From positions 1 to 51,552 of IMG/VR virus record IMGVR_UViG_3300027987_000379: DNA of 51,552 nucleotides. One strand, given 5' to 3'. A model generated the notes under the pieces. That model did no database searches. It was not told the origin of the DNA and worked only from the letters and a program-made list of their open reading frames with translations. Below are positions 16,141 to 25,950 of the stretch, piece after piece. Every line of letters starts with the position of its first letter. Position 1 is the stretch's first letter. The stretch comes from a virus. Lineage: Duplodnaviria > Caudoviricetes. The position numbers and the translations under genes are program-made.

Positions 16141-16536
16141 ATGTCGGATGCTCATAGCAACAAAAATCAGCAAAAGAAGAAACCGGGAAAGAGAAAACCT
16201 ACACCTGCATCCTGGAAACCAGGACAAAGTGGCAACCCGAGCGGCCGAAGAAAAGATGTTGGCCATGTCCAGTTGCTGGCCAGGGAGCACACAGAGTCCG
16301 CCTTGGCTACGCTCGTTGAGGTCATGCAGAATCCCGCAGAGTTGGGCGCTGCGCGTGTTCGCGCGGCGGAAGCTGTCTTAGATCGTGGCTGGGGTCGACC
16401 TCATGCGGCTGTCGAGGTAACTGGTGCGCATGGGGGACCCATCCAGTTTGAGGAGGCCCGAGATGAGCTCTCCAGCATTATTGCTGGCATCGCTGCCCGA
16501 GGACGAGAGGATAGCTTGGTTAAAGAGCCTCACTAG
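16141..16536 (+). CDS. terS: Terminase small subunit (DUF5681-type)
   Basis: WKPGQSGNPSGR; ARVRAAEAVLDRGWGRP; overlaps terL. Confidence 0.85.
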   Translation: MSDAHSNKNQQKKKPGKRKPTPASWKPGQSGNPSGRRKDVGHVQLLAREHTESALATLVEVMQNPAELGAARVRAAEAVLDRGWGRPHAAVEVTGAHGGPIQFEEARDELSSIIAGIAARGREDSLVKEPH

Positions 16537-17794
16537 CGAGCAAGCCGCACAGCTGCGATACAGCTGGGAGTTTTTTGCTAGGCCCTCACAGATGGCTCCT
16601 GATGGAGATTGGACGACATGGCTTATTCTAGCGGGCCGTGGGTTTGGCAAGACTCGTTCAGGGGCGGAGTGGGTTCGCAGCCAAGTGGAATCTGGCGAAG
16701 CGCGACGAGTAGCACTTGTGGCCAGATCTGCCCCTGATACACGTGATGTCATGATCGAAGGGGAAAGTGGCATTTTGGCGATTAGTCCTCCATGGTTCAA
16801 GCCGAAATATGAGCCAAGTAAGCGTCGATTAACATGGCCCAACGGTGCGATTGCGACGACCTATAGCGCAGACGAACCAGCGCTGTTACGTGGTCCTCAG
16901 CATGATGCAGCCTGGTGTGACGAGCTTGCGGCATGGCGCTATGAGGAGGCATGGGATCAGCTTTTACTTGGCTTGCGTCTTGGAACAAAGCCGAAGGTTG
17001 TTATTACGACGACACCAAGACCAACTGAAATTATCAAGAACCTCATCAAGGATAAGGCTACTGTAGTCACGCGTGGCTCTACCTATGAGAACAAATCAAA
17101 TCTTGCTCCTACATTTTTCACTCATGTTGTAGCGAAGTATGAAGGTACGAGACTTGGCAGGCAGGAGCTCAATGCAGAAATATTGTTAGACAACCCTGGC
17201 GCGTTATGGAACCTATCGCAATTGGATGCGCTTAGAATTCGGTATGCTCCGCCTCTTAGGCGTATCGTTGTGTCTGTGGACCCAGCAATGACTAGTACAG
17301 ATGAGTCAGATGAGACCGGGATTATTATCGCCGGAATCGACAGTGAAGATAATGGTTATGTATTGGATGATATCAGTGGTCATTATTCCCCAGATGAATG
17401 GGCTCGTATTGCTGTGACAGCCTATCGCGATTATGCAGCAGATAGGATCATAGGTGAGGTCAATAATGGAGGAGATCTAGTAGAGTTGACCATCAGGACC
17501 GTTGATAAATCTGTAAGTTACAAGGATGTTCGTGCCACTCGTGGAAAATACAGAAGAGCAGAGCCTGTTGCTGCATTATATGAGCAAAAGCGTATTTTTC
17601 ATGTGGGTAGCTTCCCGAAGCTCGAAGACCAAATGTGTAGCTATACTCCTACTTCCAAGCAGTCACCTGACAGGATGGATGCTTTGGTTTGGGCATTCAC
17701 CGATTTGATTTTAGGTAGCCAATCCTTTGCTGTTGAGCCATTTGACACCTCTTCCTTTGTTGCCGGCTTGCGAGATAGCTCCACGCGCCTATAG
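16463..17794 (+). CDS. terL: Terminase large subunit
   Basis: AGRGFGKT Walker A, LRGPQ..AWCDE, VDPA, PDRMDA; RBS GAGGAGG. Confidence 0.97.
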   Translation: MSSPALLLASLPEDERIAWLKSLTSEQAAQLRYSWEFFARPSQMAPDGDWTTWLILAGRGFGKTRSGAEWVRSQVESGEARRVALVARSAPDTRDVMIEGESGILAISPPWFKPKYEPSKRRLTWPNGAIATTYSADEPALLRGPQHDAAWCDELAAWRYEEAWDQLLLGLRLGTKPKVVITTTPRPTEIIKNLIKDKATVVTRGSTYENKSNLAPTFFTHVVAKYEGTRLGRQELNAEILLDNPGALWNLSQLDALRIRYAPPLRRIVVSVDPAMTSTDESDETGIIIAGIDSEDNGYVLDDISGHYSPDEWARIAVTAYRDYAADRIIGEVNNGGDLVELTIRTVDKSVSYKDVRATRGKYRRAEPVAALYEQKRIFHVGSFPKLEDQMCSYTPTSKQSPDRMDALVWAFTDLILGSQSFAVEPFDTSSFVAGLRDSSTRL

Positions 17795-17857
17795 ACTAAT
17801 CTGTATGGATACTTACAATGCTAACATGGCTTTATCGGTTAATCCGAAGGGGATGCG

Positions 17858-19414
17858 ATGCCTGAATTGATGACGTCTATGACCGATGTACCATCTCTGG
17901 ATGTTGCCGGATCGACTGGGCTCAAACATCACGACGGAATGATTGATGAGGAGCATTTGCTTAGACTCCGGGGTCGTAATGCGATCCGGCTGTATCGAGA
18001 GATGATCGATAACAGTCCTGCGATTGGCTCAGCTCTTAATGCAATCAAGATGCTGATACGTCAGGTCAAATGGCGCATTGAGCCGGCGAATGAATCAGAC
18101 GAGGCAAAAATAGAACAGGAGGAAACTGAGACAGCCCTTGAGGACATGAGCCATACGTTTCAGGATTTGATTGGCGAGTCACTTTCGATGATATGGGCCG
18201 GGTTTGCACCATTCGAGATTATTTATAAGTTGCGCAAGGGGCCAGATCAGTCGGATGGGTCTCTGCGTAGCAAATTTAGCGATGGGAAATGGGGGTGGCG
18301 AAAGATTGAAATTAGGGGGCAGGAGACGGTTTCGCGCTGGGTCTTCGATCCTGATGGTGGGATGAACGGCATGGTGCAGATGGATTACCACTCCATCAAA
18401 AGAGGTCCTGTGTTTATCCCTATTGATAAAATGCTCCTGTTTCGTATTGAGAGTTTTAAGGGAAACCCAGAAGGCAAATCCCTCATTAGGCCCGCTGTAA
18501 TCCCGTATTGGTATACAAAGCGCATCCAGGAATTCGAAGCGATTGGTATTGAGAGAAATCTGGCCGGTATGCCTATCATGGAGGTTCCGGCACAAATATT
18601 ACTTTCTAACGCATCTGCGCAGGACAAGTTAATTCGTGCTGCACTGAATAGGTTTGTTACTCAGATAGGGATGGATGAAAGATGGGGGGGCTTAGTTCCT
18701 TCAGAGCTTAGGCCAGACGGGTCTCCTAGCGGATACAAGTTTAAGCTCATGCAGTCTGGCGGAAGCAAGGTGGTCGACACCGATATCATCATCAAGCGAT
18801 ATCGCAGTGAAATGCTCATGTTGTTCATGGCTCAATTCCTCACTATGGGAACGGAAAAGGTTGGTTCATTCTCATTGGCGAGCAATATGACTGATTTGTT
18901 CGGCACTGCCCTTGGCACCATTATGGATAGTATTGCCGATGTAATCAATCAGTTCATGATTCCCAGGCGACAGCGTCTTAATAATAGACCTATTGAGCTA
19001 GATCCGTATATTGTCCATGGTGATATCGAAGGACCTGAGCTTGATAAGCTGGCAACATATATCAATCAACTTTCGAGCTCGGGCATGATTGGACCCAATC
19101 CGGCACTCGAACGCAGGTTGCTAGAGATTGGCAATTTGCCCCAGCCCCCAGAGGAGGAGGCACTGCCTGCCTCTCTCTCTGAAAATGTCGTCGACTCAGT
19201 AAGTAGGACAACGATTTCTTCCGATCAAGTTAGAATGATATTAGATGTCAATCGAGCACTGAAGAACGGAGAGCTCGATAGGCTTGCCGCAATACAGACA
19301 CTCGCTGTCTCTTTGGGAATTGAGACAAAAGATGCCGAGAAGTTCATCCCTTCAAATGTTGCACAAACGCCTGCAGGCACGGAGGAATCTAATGACCATA
19401 GCAACATTCCGTAA
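17858..19414 (+). CDS. Portal protein
   Basis: Follows terL; GNPEGKSLIRP, AIGIERNLAGMP, GSFSLA. Confidence 0.9.
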   Translation: MPELMTSMTDVPSLDVAGSTGLKHHDGMIDEEHLLRLRGRNAIRLYREMIDNSPAIGSALNAIKMLIRQVKWRIEPANESDEAKIEQEETETALEDMSHTFQDLIGESLSMIWAGFAPFEIIYKLRKGPDQSDGSLRSKFSDGKWGWRKIEIRGQETVSRWVFDPDGGMNGMVQMDYHSIKRGPVFIPIDKMLLFRIESFKGNPEGKSLIRPAVIPYWYTKRIQEFEAIGIERNLAGMPIMEVPAQILLSNASAQDKLIRAALNRFVTQIGMDERWGGLVPSELRPDGSPSGYKFKLMQSGGSKVVDTDIIIKRYRSEMLMLFMAQFLTMGTEKVGSFSLASNMTDLFGTALGTIMDSIADVINQFMIPRRQRLNNRPIELDPYIVHGDIEGPELDKLATYINQLSSSGMIGPNPALERRLLEIGNLPQPPEEEALPASLSENVVDSVSRTTISSDQVRMILDVNRALKNGELDRLAAIQTLAVSLGIETKDAEKFIPSNVAQTPAGTEESNDHSNIP

Positions 19415-19565
19415 TTACAAACTCACCGTTTTTTGCAAGGCGTGCGGCAAGGTTATCTTCATCGATGAACGTGGGGGCAAGATGAGTAAGAGTGAATGTC
19501 AATGCGATACCCCGAGTTATGAGGACGGGACGCAGCAAAACGATGACTTCCAAAGCCCCCTATAA
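19392..19565 (+). CDS. Small CxxC zinc-ribbon protein
   Basis: FCKACGK..ECQC; RBS GGAGG. Confidence 0.55.
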   Translation: MTIATFRNYKLTVFCKACGKVIFIDERGGKMSKSECQCDTPSYEDGTQQNDDFQSPL

Positions 19566-19695
19566 GGTATGCTTTTTCTGCAAGAAAAAGATAGATCCTC
19601 TGGCCAAGCATTGGACCAATGTCCCGGTGATTAGCGATGTCGTCGCAAATGTCTGTGCTCGTTGCCATATGCAATGGCTGGATGAAAAATGCTGA
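19543..19695 (+). CDS. Small C4 zinc-finger protein
   Basis: CFFC...CARC. Confidence 0.5.
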   Translation: MTSKAPYKVCFFCKKKIDPLAKHWTNVPVISDVVANVCARCHMQWLDEKC

Positions 19696-19826
19696 AATTC
19701 ATCATGATGGTTTGTGCGTTAACATGGCTCATATTCTTTGGTATATGGGCCAAAGAGCGCAAGAAGGTTCATGATGAGGATTGTGTGGTCCATTGCCGTG
19801 ACTTTTGCGAAATGGTTATTAGGTGA
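19689..19826 (+). CDS. Small TM protein, 45 aa, not in ORF track
   Basis: MLKFIMMVCALTWLIFFGIWAKERKK..CVVHCRDFC. Confidence 0.4.
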   Translation: MLKFIMMVCALTWLIFFGIWAKERKKVHDEDCVVHCRDFCEMVIR

Positions 19827-19833
19827 AGCCCCC

Positions 19834-20787
19834 ATGCCTTTAGTTACAAAAGCGTCCCGTCGCGTACGAAAACCGGCTTGGCAATCAGGACTTAGGGTTC
19901 CCGATAAGGCTCAGAGAGACTCATTGGCGATAGCGGCCAATCATGAACGAAAGTTGTCGGGTGCATTTTACACACTGCTCAGGCAGCTCGTAAGTGATGA
20001 GCTGTTGAAGCAAATATCCATTGCTGCACGAGAGCAGACGGTCACGTTGGCAATGTCGAAGATCCAATTCTTTGACGAGTCCAACCCAGAAACATTTGCT
20101 ATATGGAAACGTTTCGCTGACCGAATTGCCTCTGCATACAGACTCATCATCAATGAAACAATTGAGAACGAGAATCGCAAATATGGCTGGAAATTATCGA
20201 TTGAAAAAGTCGAGAGTCCCACTCTGCCTGTCAATCCTTCGGCCGCTGATTTTATTAGGATCAAGTCATTAAAGGATGCGGTGGGGTTGTCTGAGTCCGA
20301 AAAAAAACGCATCCGGGCAATCCTTACAAAGGGAATGGAAGAGCGCGTAGTCCCTGCATCCATGGTAGACGAGATCAGGGATACCGTTGGGTTAACTGAG
20401 ACTCAGCTGCTAAGAGTGCAAAAAAGAGTTGCTGCTGCTAAGGCGTCCGGGATGAAATCCTCACAGCTTAAAGTTCTGCGTGAGCAGATGTCTGATAAGA
20501 TTAGACTCCAACGTGCTAGAGCCATTGCTAGAACAGAAACAACAGCTGCGATATCGCAGGGATTATCAGAGGCATGGCGGCAAGCCTCTAATAATGGATT
20601 AGCGCCTCCAGAGACAAAGAAACGTTGGGTTGCTGTTCCTGATGCTAGTGAGATTTGCCAGGATCTGGATGGCCAGGAAGTCGGATTAAATGAGAATTTT
20701 TTCAGTAGCGCAGGACAGGGTTTTTCTGGAGACGGCCCCCCCGCGCATCCTAATTGTAGGTCTACGGTTGTGTTGATCTTCCCATGA
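19834..20787 (+). CDS. MuF/SPP1 gp7-like head morphogenesis protein
   Basis: RARAIARTET, KKRW, C..LDG, PPAHPNCRS. Confidence 0.92.
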   Translation: MPLVTKASRRVRKPAWQSGLRVPDKAQRDSLAIAANHERKLSGAFYTLLRQLVSDELLKQISIAAREQTVTLAMSKIQFFDESNPETFAIWKRFADRIASAYRLIINETIENENRKYGWKLSIEKVESPTLPVNPSAADFIRIKSLKDAVGLSESEKKRIRAILTKGMEERVVPASMVDEIRDTVGLTETQLLRVQKRVAAAKASGMKSSQLKVLREQMSDKIRLQRARAIARTETTAAISQGLSEAWRQASNNGLAPPETKKRWVAVPDASEICQDLDGQEVGLNENFFSSAGQGFSGDGPPAHPNCRSTVVLIFP

Positions 20788-20821
20788 TCAATGGGGGGAA
20801 TAAAAGGATTGAAAATTAAAA

Positions 20822-23164
20822 ATGCCCTTGATTGAAACATGCACAATTGACGCATTCCGCCAAAATATTCGGACCGAAATTGATTCAGGCTCAAAGCCAA
20901 ATCAGGCGGTGGCAATAGCAAGACGCGTTCTAGAGGAATCGTGCAAAAAGGAGAATAAGCCCATGCCTATGACAATGGCAAAAGCAAACGGCAAAGGTAA
21001 GAGTCGCGAATATCTCGAAGCGGCATTAGAACAGGTGAGGAAGCTTTTGCCGGGATGGGTTTTCGCTATGATTCATCAAGCAGCATTCCCATCCTCTGGT
21101 GGACGAGCGCGACGGAATCGCCGCATCTCTGCTGCAGAGAAGGTATGGATAGAGAAGCGCTCCGTATCCTCGCTGTCCGACACGGAGGTTAGGGAAATCT
21201 TATATAAGCTCAATGTTGCTTTTGCTGCGAACCTCCGGCAGGGAAAGGATGTTTCTCCGATCGTTCGAAGAACAAAGACCGTAGTATTGGAACTCAAACG
21301 AAGGGGTCTGCCATATAGTGGATCCGCCGTTGATGAAGCGATGAAGAAAGGTTTCATCAGGGCAGAATTGCGGCAGGATTGGACGGAAATCGCCAAGGGA
21401 TTCATTAGCGGCGAACCAGACGGCGGTATGCATGCGCACGGCCTGGACAGGATTAATAGCAAGACGCTTTTAGATGGTGGCCATATTCATATTTTTGTGG
21501 TCCCAGGTTCTGGCGAAATTCTTCTGACGGAAGAGGACGGTGCTCACGCTCATGTTATTGGGCGCGAAGGAGTGAGGACTCCATCGGATGGTGTGCATTC
21601 TCACAGGGTCGTCACGCCTAATGGGAGCTCATTGGAGACGAAACTGGACGGTGCTCATTCTCACGAATTAATGGTTGAGACCTCTGGGTTTGGCGGCCTG
21701 CACAATCATGTCTTGGTACTGAGCGATGGCACTGAGATTGAGTCAATGTCACCTGCTGAATTTATTGCCCGATTCGTTAACCTGCCAACGTTGCCATCAT
21801 TACCCATCTACTCATCAAGAGAGATATCCGATGCGCTCAATCAGAAGCGAGAATTGGAATCCGATATATTCGATCAGAATTCGCTAGCGAGTACAGATGA
21901 GGTTATTGCCGAATTCGCAAAAACAGGTGAGATGCCAGAATTTCCCAATACTCATTGGGAGGTTGTCGAATTGGCAAAGGGGGGAGCATGGTGCACTCTT
22001 CTTGATATGGATGAGCCGATCCTTCTTAAAGATGCAAATAAAATCGGCGTTGACGTTGGCGACATTGTCGAAGTGGACAACTTTGGACAAATCATCAAAT
22101 ATGCGCAATCCTGTGAACCCCATACATTGCAGGATGCAAATGAGATTGCATCCTATAATGCCATCATAGGCGATGCGATAGATTCTGTTTCATTTGTCGG
22201 TCCGCAGGATGCCAAGATTGTATTTGTCTCTGCGAGCCCATGCCCACTAGAATTTGCGCGCAAAGAAGCTCTTGCAGGTCCAGATGGTGAGATATTTCAA
22301 GATAGATATCTCACCCCGCTTGGGTTAACAAAGAGCGATGTTGCGGTTGGGTTCTCGATCCCTGTTCGATGTGAAAACCCGGATGATGAGCAAATTGATT
22401 TATGGAGAGATAGCCTGTTGAAATCATTGGCTCTATATGATCGTGCAAAGGTTGTTGCGCTGGGTCGCGTAGCGAAGCAAGCATTGGGTCCGCTTGCGGA
22501 ATTTTCACTTCCCCATCCAGCCGCCATTCGCCGTCATGGTGATAGAGGTGAGGTGAGTCGTAAACTCAAGTCGATCCGCAAAGTACTTGACAATATGCAA
22601 GGCAACGTTGATTCTGAATCAAGCTACAGCTCTGGACCGAGAGAAGGTCAATCTGCAGCGACCCTCGCTGATACCATAAGTGAGCTGAGAGGTAGCGGAA
22701 GTCTTCGCGTGGCAGTTACGAAGTCGTTACCAGAAAAGCAAATCGTTTATGGTGTTATCCTGGATCCATATCAGGTTGATTTGCATAACGACTGGATACC
22801 TCCCGCTGAGATTGAGGCTACAGCTCATGACTTTATGACTAAGTCACGTGTGATTGGCCTTCGTCATACTGGCAAGGCTCAAGCCGAAGTGGTGGAAAGC
22901 TGGGTTGAGGTATATCCAACAAAAGAAGACAGGGAGCTGGCATTGCAGAACCTTGCGCACAAAGCGTACCGAAGAAAGTTCGGCGATGACCTGGTGCATT
23001 CTGGAGCCTGGATTGCTGGCGTTAAACTCTCAGATGACTTGTGGGAATCGCACAAGCGTGGGGAGCTCGATGCGTTCAGCATCGGCGGATTCAGTTTTAA
23101 GACGAAAGTATCGACCGATGCGATGCCAGAGGTTGAATTCGTCGATTTACAGCCAGCTTCATAA
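20822..23164 (+). CDS. Multidomain protein: His-ladder repeats, UDG-like domain and XkdF-like prohead serine protease
   Basis: Six HxH repeats (~21420-21720); AKIVFV..P..E....AG..G...VVALGRVA..HPA (~22180-22540); QIVYGVILDP..D.HND..H..ESW..W..G..W..GEL.AFSIGG (~22720-23090). Confidence 0.85.
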   Translation: MPLIETCTIDAFRQNIRTEIDSGSKPNQAVAIARRVLEESCKKENKPMPMTMAKANGKGKSREYLEAALEQVRKLLPGWVFAMIHQAAFPSSGGRARRNRRISAAEKVWIEKRSVSSLSDTEVREILYKLNVAFAANLRQGKDVSPIVRRTKTVVLELKRRGLPYSGSAVDEAMKKGFIRAELRQDWTEIAKGFISGEPDGGMHAHGLDRINSKTLLDGGHIHIFVVPGSGEILLTEEDGAHAHVIGREGVRTPSDGVHSHRVVTPNGSSLETKLDGAHSHELMVETSGFGGLHNHVLVLSDGTEIESMSPAEFIARFVNLPTLPSLPIYSSREISDALNQKRELESDIFDQNSLASTDEVIAEFAKTGEMPEFPNTHWEVVELAKGGAWCTLLDMDEPILLKDANKIGVDVGDIVEVDNFGQIIKYAQSCEPHTLQDANEIASYNAIIGDAIDSVSFVGPQDAKIVFVSASPCPLEFARKEALAGPDGEIFQDRYLTPLGLTKSDVAVGFSIPVRCENPDDEQIDLWRDSLLKSLALYDRAKVVALGRVAKQALGPLAEFSLPHPAAIRRHGDRGEVSRKLKSIRKVLDNMQGNVDSESSYSSGPREGQSAATLADTISELRGSGSLRVAVTKSLPEKQIVYGVILDPYQVDLHNDWIPPAEIEATAHDFMTKSRVIGLRHTGKAQAEVVESWVEVYPTKEDRELALQNLAHKAYRRKFGDDLVHSGAWIAGVKLSDDLWESHKRGELDAFSIGGFSFKTKVSTDAMPEVEFVDLQPAS

Positions 23165-23188
23165 TCAAACATTCAATAGGGGGCAATC

Positions 23189-24037
23189 ATGCCCAGTGCT
23201 GTGAACATGCTTACCGCCGTTCAAACGGCAGAGGTGAGCCTTGTGAAGCGTGGTGCGAATAATAAACGTTTCGCATTAACGAAATCGGAGGAAAAGATGC
23301 CATTTAATGAATTGGCCAAGACGGTCTTGGAGGTTGAGGCAGAGGGTGAAAGTAAACTTGTTGAGACATTGAAAGCATCTGGCGTCGCGGATGATGTGAT
23401 CGATGTAGCTGTGGCTAACTTTCGCATTCAGAGCGGATTTAAGGACAAGCTCAGCAAGGACGCATTTGATGTAGTAGCCAAGTCATCCGGCTATGCTACT
23501 GCAGAAAAGAAAGCGGAAGAGAAGGTTATTGAGAAGGCTCATACGCCTATTGAGATGCCTGAGGAGATGCGCAAAGCATTCGATGACCAGCAAGCTGAAC
23601 TGGTTGCTCTTCGCAAGGAAGCTGCGGAAAAAGACGAGCGAATCAAAAAGATTGAAAAGGCAGCAGCCTTAAAAGAGTACATAACCAAATGCGAATCTCA
23701 GTATTCGCATGTCCCTGGCCTGTCCTCGGAAGAGATGGGCGACATGCTGCAAAAGGCTTATGCCATTAGCAGCGATATGGGCCAAAGGCTTGAGAAAACA
23801 TGGGCTGAAACATCGCAGGCACTAAAGAAGTCCAGACTGTTGGCTGCGCAGGGTGTGACGTCCATCAATGATGGAAGTGGAACAGCTTGGGGCAAGATGG
23901 AGACGCTTGCCAAGGAGCTTGTTTTAAAAACGAACGGTCTTTCTAACGGCAAAGCGATGAAGATTGTCATGGAACAAAATCCTGAGCTTTACCAAGAGTA
24001 TCTAAACGAGAATCCTGCCCAGCAGGGTCGTCGATAA
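23189..24037 (+). CDS. Capsid scaffolding-like protein
   Basis: Between protease and capsid; coiled-coil; N-term EVSLVKRGAN. Confidence 0.7.
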   Translation: MPSAVNMLTAVQTAEVSLVKRGANNKRFALTKSEEKMPFNELAKTVLEVEAEGESKLVETLKASGVADDVIDVAVANFRIQSGFKDKLSKDAFDVVAKSSGYATAEKKAEEKVIEKAHTPIEMPEEMRKAFDDQQAELVALRKEAAEKDERIKKIEKAAALKEYITKCESQYSHVPGLSSEEMGDMLQKAYAISSDMGQRLEKTWAETSQALKKSRLLAAQGVTSINDGSGTAWGKMETLAKELVLKTNGLSNGKAMKIVMEQNPELYQEYLNENPAQQGRR

Positions 24038-24058
24038 AAAAGGAAAGGAAGCTGAATC

Positions 24059-24433
24059 ATGGCATATGAAAATGTTAGTCATACTGTCCCCGGTATTGCT
24101 GCCGGTGCTGATCTGACCGGTTCGCAAAATCGGTTTGTATCTATTGACTCTACTGGTCGTGCTGTATTGACGGGCGCTGGCGCGCGAGTAGACGGTGTTG
24201 TTGGTAATAAACCAAATACTGGAGAGCCTGTATCAATGATTGGATATGGGTCTGTTGCTAAGGTGGAAGCTAGTGCTGCTATTGCGCTTGGTGCCTCCGT
24301 TGCGTCTGCAGCGAACGGGCAGGCGGTCACAGCAACCCTGAATGCATTTATTGCTGGCGTGTGCGTGAGCGCTGCAGGTGCAGCTGGGGAGCTTTGTTCT
24401 GTATACCTCGCATCTCATGGGCAGTCGCCGTAA
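24059..24433 (+). CDS. Capsid decoration/cement protein (DUF2190-like)
   Basis: Small Ala/Gly-rich beta protein directly before the capsid gene. Confidence 0.8.
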   Translation: MAYENVSHTVPGIAAGADLTGSQNRFVSIDSTGRAVLTGAGARVDGVVGNKPNTGEPVSMIGYGSVAKVEASAAIALGASVASAANGQAVTATLNAFIAGVCVSAAGAAGELCSVYLASHGQSP

Positions 24434-24485
24434 TAGCTAACGACAATTTTAGGTTTTCACTTCTAGCAAGAAAGGATAGGGGACA

Positions 24486-25454
24486 ATGCCTCAACCAACC
24501 GCATCGGATGTACATGTTAATGCTCCGCTCACAAACGTGAGTGAAGCATTTTTGCAGGACCTGAAAGGGTTTGTGGCCCGCCAGGTATTCCCTGTCGTTC
24601 CTGTGTCTAAGCAGAGCGACAGATATTTTAAATATGATAAAAAACAATGGTTCCGTACGGACGCCAAAGTGCGTGGACCTTCAACTGAATCAGCAGGTTC
24701 CGGGTTCACGATTGATAATACGCCGACATACTTTGCTGATGTCATCGCATTGCATAAGGATATTGACGATCAGATTCGTGCCAATGCAGATTCTGTTATT
24801 AATATGGATAATGATGCAACGGAATTTGTAACCCGCCAATTATTGCTGCAACAAGAGCTTGATTGGGCATCGAAATATTTTACGACTGGTGTATGGACAG
24901 GGTCCACGACTGGATCAGACGTAACACCCGGCGTTCTTTGGGATGTCCCCGCGACGTCTAATCCCATTGAAGACTTACGAGCGCAAATTACGGCGGTAGG
25001 AAAAAATTCAGGATTGGAAGCAAACACCCTAGTTCTTGGTAAAGAAGTTTGGGACGTTCTTGCAGATCATCCTGACTTTCTTGAGCGCATCAAGTTCACC
25101 CAGACCGCCGTTGTGGCTCCAGACCTGCTTGCCGCGGTCTTGGGTATCGATAGGGTTTTGATTGCCAAGGCAATTCAGGACACTGCCCAGGAAGGCGCTG
25201 CGTCAACCCATGCATTTGTACATGGGAAGAATGCCCTGGTAACATATGCTGCTCCACGTCCTAGCCTGATGCAGCCAAGCGGTGGTTACACCTTCGCATG
25301 GACAGGGTTCTTGGGGGCGAATGCTGCTGGGATGCGTATCAAGAGGTTTCGCATGGAGCATTTGTCTTCTGATCGCATCGAAGGCGAAAGTGCATATGAC
25401 CATAAGGTAGTGTCACCTGAAGCTGGTGCGTTCTTGACTGGTGTTATTTCATAA
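24486..25454 (+). CDS. Major capsid protein (lambda gpE-like HK97 fold)
   Basis: VHVNAPLTNVS, FPVVPV.KQSD.Y, L..HPD..ERIK, PSGGYTF. Confidence 0.92.
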   Translation: MPQPTASDVHVNAPLTNVSEAFLQDLKGFVARQVFPVVPVSKQSDRYFKYDKKQWFRTDAKVRGPSTESAGSGFTIDNTPTYFADVIALHKDIDDQIRANADSVINMDNDATEFVTRQLLLQQELDWASKYFTTGVWTGSTTGSDVTPGVLWDVPATSNPIEDLRAQITAVGKNSGLEANTLVLGKEVWDVLADHPDFLERIKFTQTAVVAPDLLAAVLGIDRVLIAKAIQDTAQEGAASTHAFVHGKNALVTYAAPRPSLMQPSGGYTFAWTGFLGANAAGMRIKRFRMEHLSSDRIEGESAYDHKVVSPEAGAFLTGVIS

Positions 25455-25469
25455 TTTGTGAGAACTCAT

Positions 25470-25510
25470 ATGAGGGCGTGGGCAAAATTTATGAAGGCTC
25501 ACGTCCTCAT
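25470..25510 (+). other. Stem-loop after the capsid gene
   Basis: ATGAGGGCGTGGGC pairs with GCTCACGTCCTCAT (14 bp including G-U); no U-tract. Confidence 0.6.
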
Positions 25511-25527
25511 CGATCAGGAGGTGACTC

Positions 25528-25950
25528 ATGTATAAAGCGCTCCGTCCCTTTAAGTATCAAACGGCTAATGGTGAAGTCAGGATGACGAAACCTGGGGATT
25601 CCATCCCCGAAGCTGGCGGGTGGAAGAATCTAAAAGTCTTCATAGAACGCAGATGGATTTGCCGGGAAGGTGAGGAAGTAAACAAGAAGCATTACTCTGC
25701 AAAAATTGCACCTCCTGCTGCAAAACCAAAGATCACGACAGAACCAATGGCGAAACTCCCTCGTGCTAAGACGGCTGATTTACCGGAGCCTCCTAAGCCT
25801 GCATTATTCAAAGAGTCTGCGCGCAAGCATACAGAGGAATCTCTTGGTAAAATGTCTAAAAAAGAGCTCAAGGAACTCGCCATATCCTTGGGTATCAACC
25901 CGCAACAGTCTAAAGCTGATCTTGTAATATCTGTCTTGGCTGTACAATGA
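25528..25950 (+). CDS. Rho-N/HeH-like domain protein
   Basis: LGKMSKKELKELAISLGI...KADLV. Confidence 0.75.
   Translation: MYKALRPFKYQTANGEVRMTKPGDSIPEAGGWKNLKVFIERRWICREGEEVNKKHYSAKIAPPAAKPKITTEPMAKLPRAKTADLPEPPKPALFKESARKHTEESLGKMSKKELKELAISLGINPQQSKADLVISVLAVQ

Noticed and set aside
19834-20787. MuF polymorphic toxin
   Set aside because: The protein ends right after HPNCRS with no C-terminal toxin extension.
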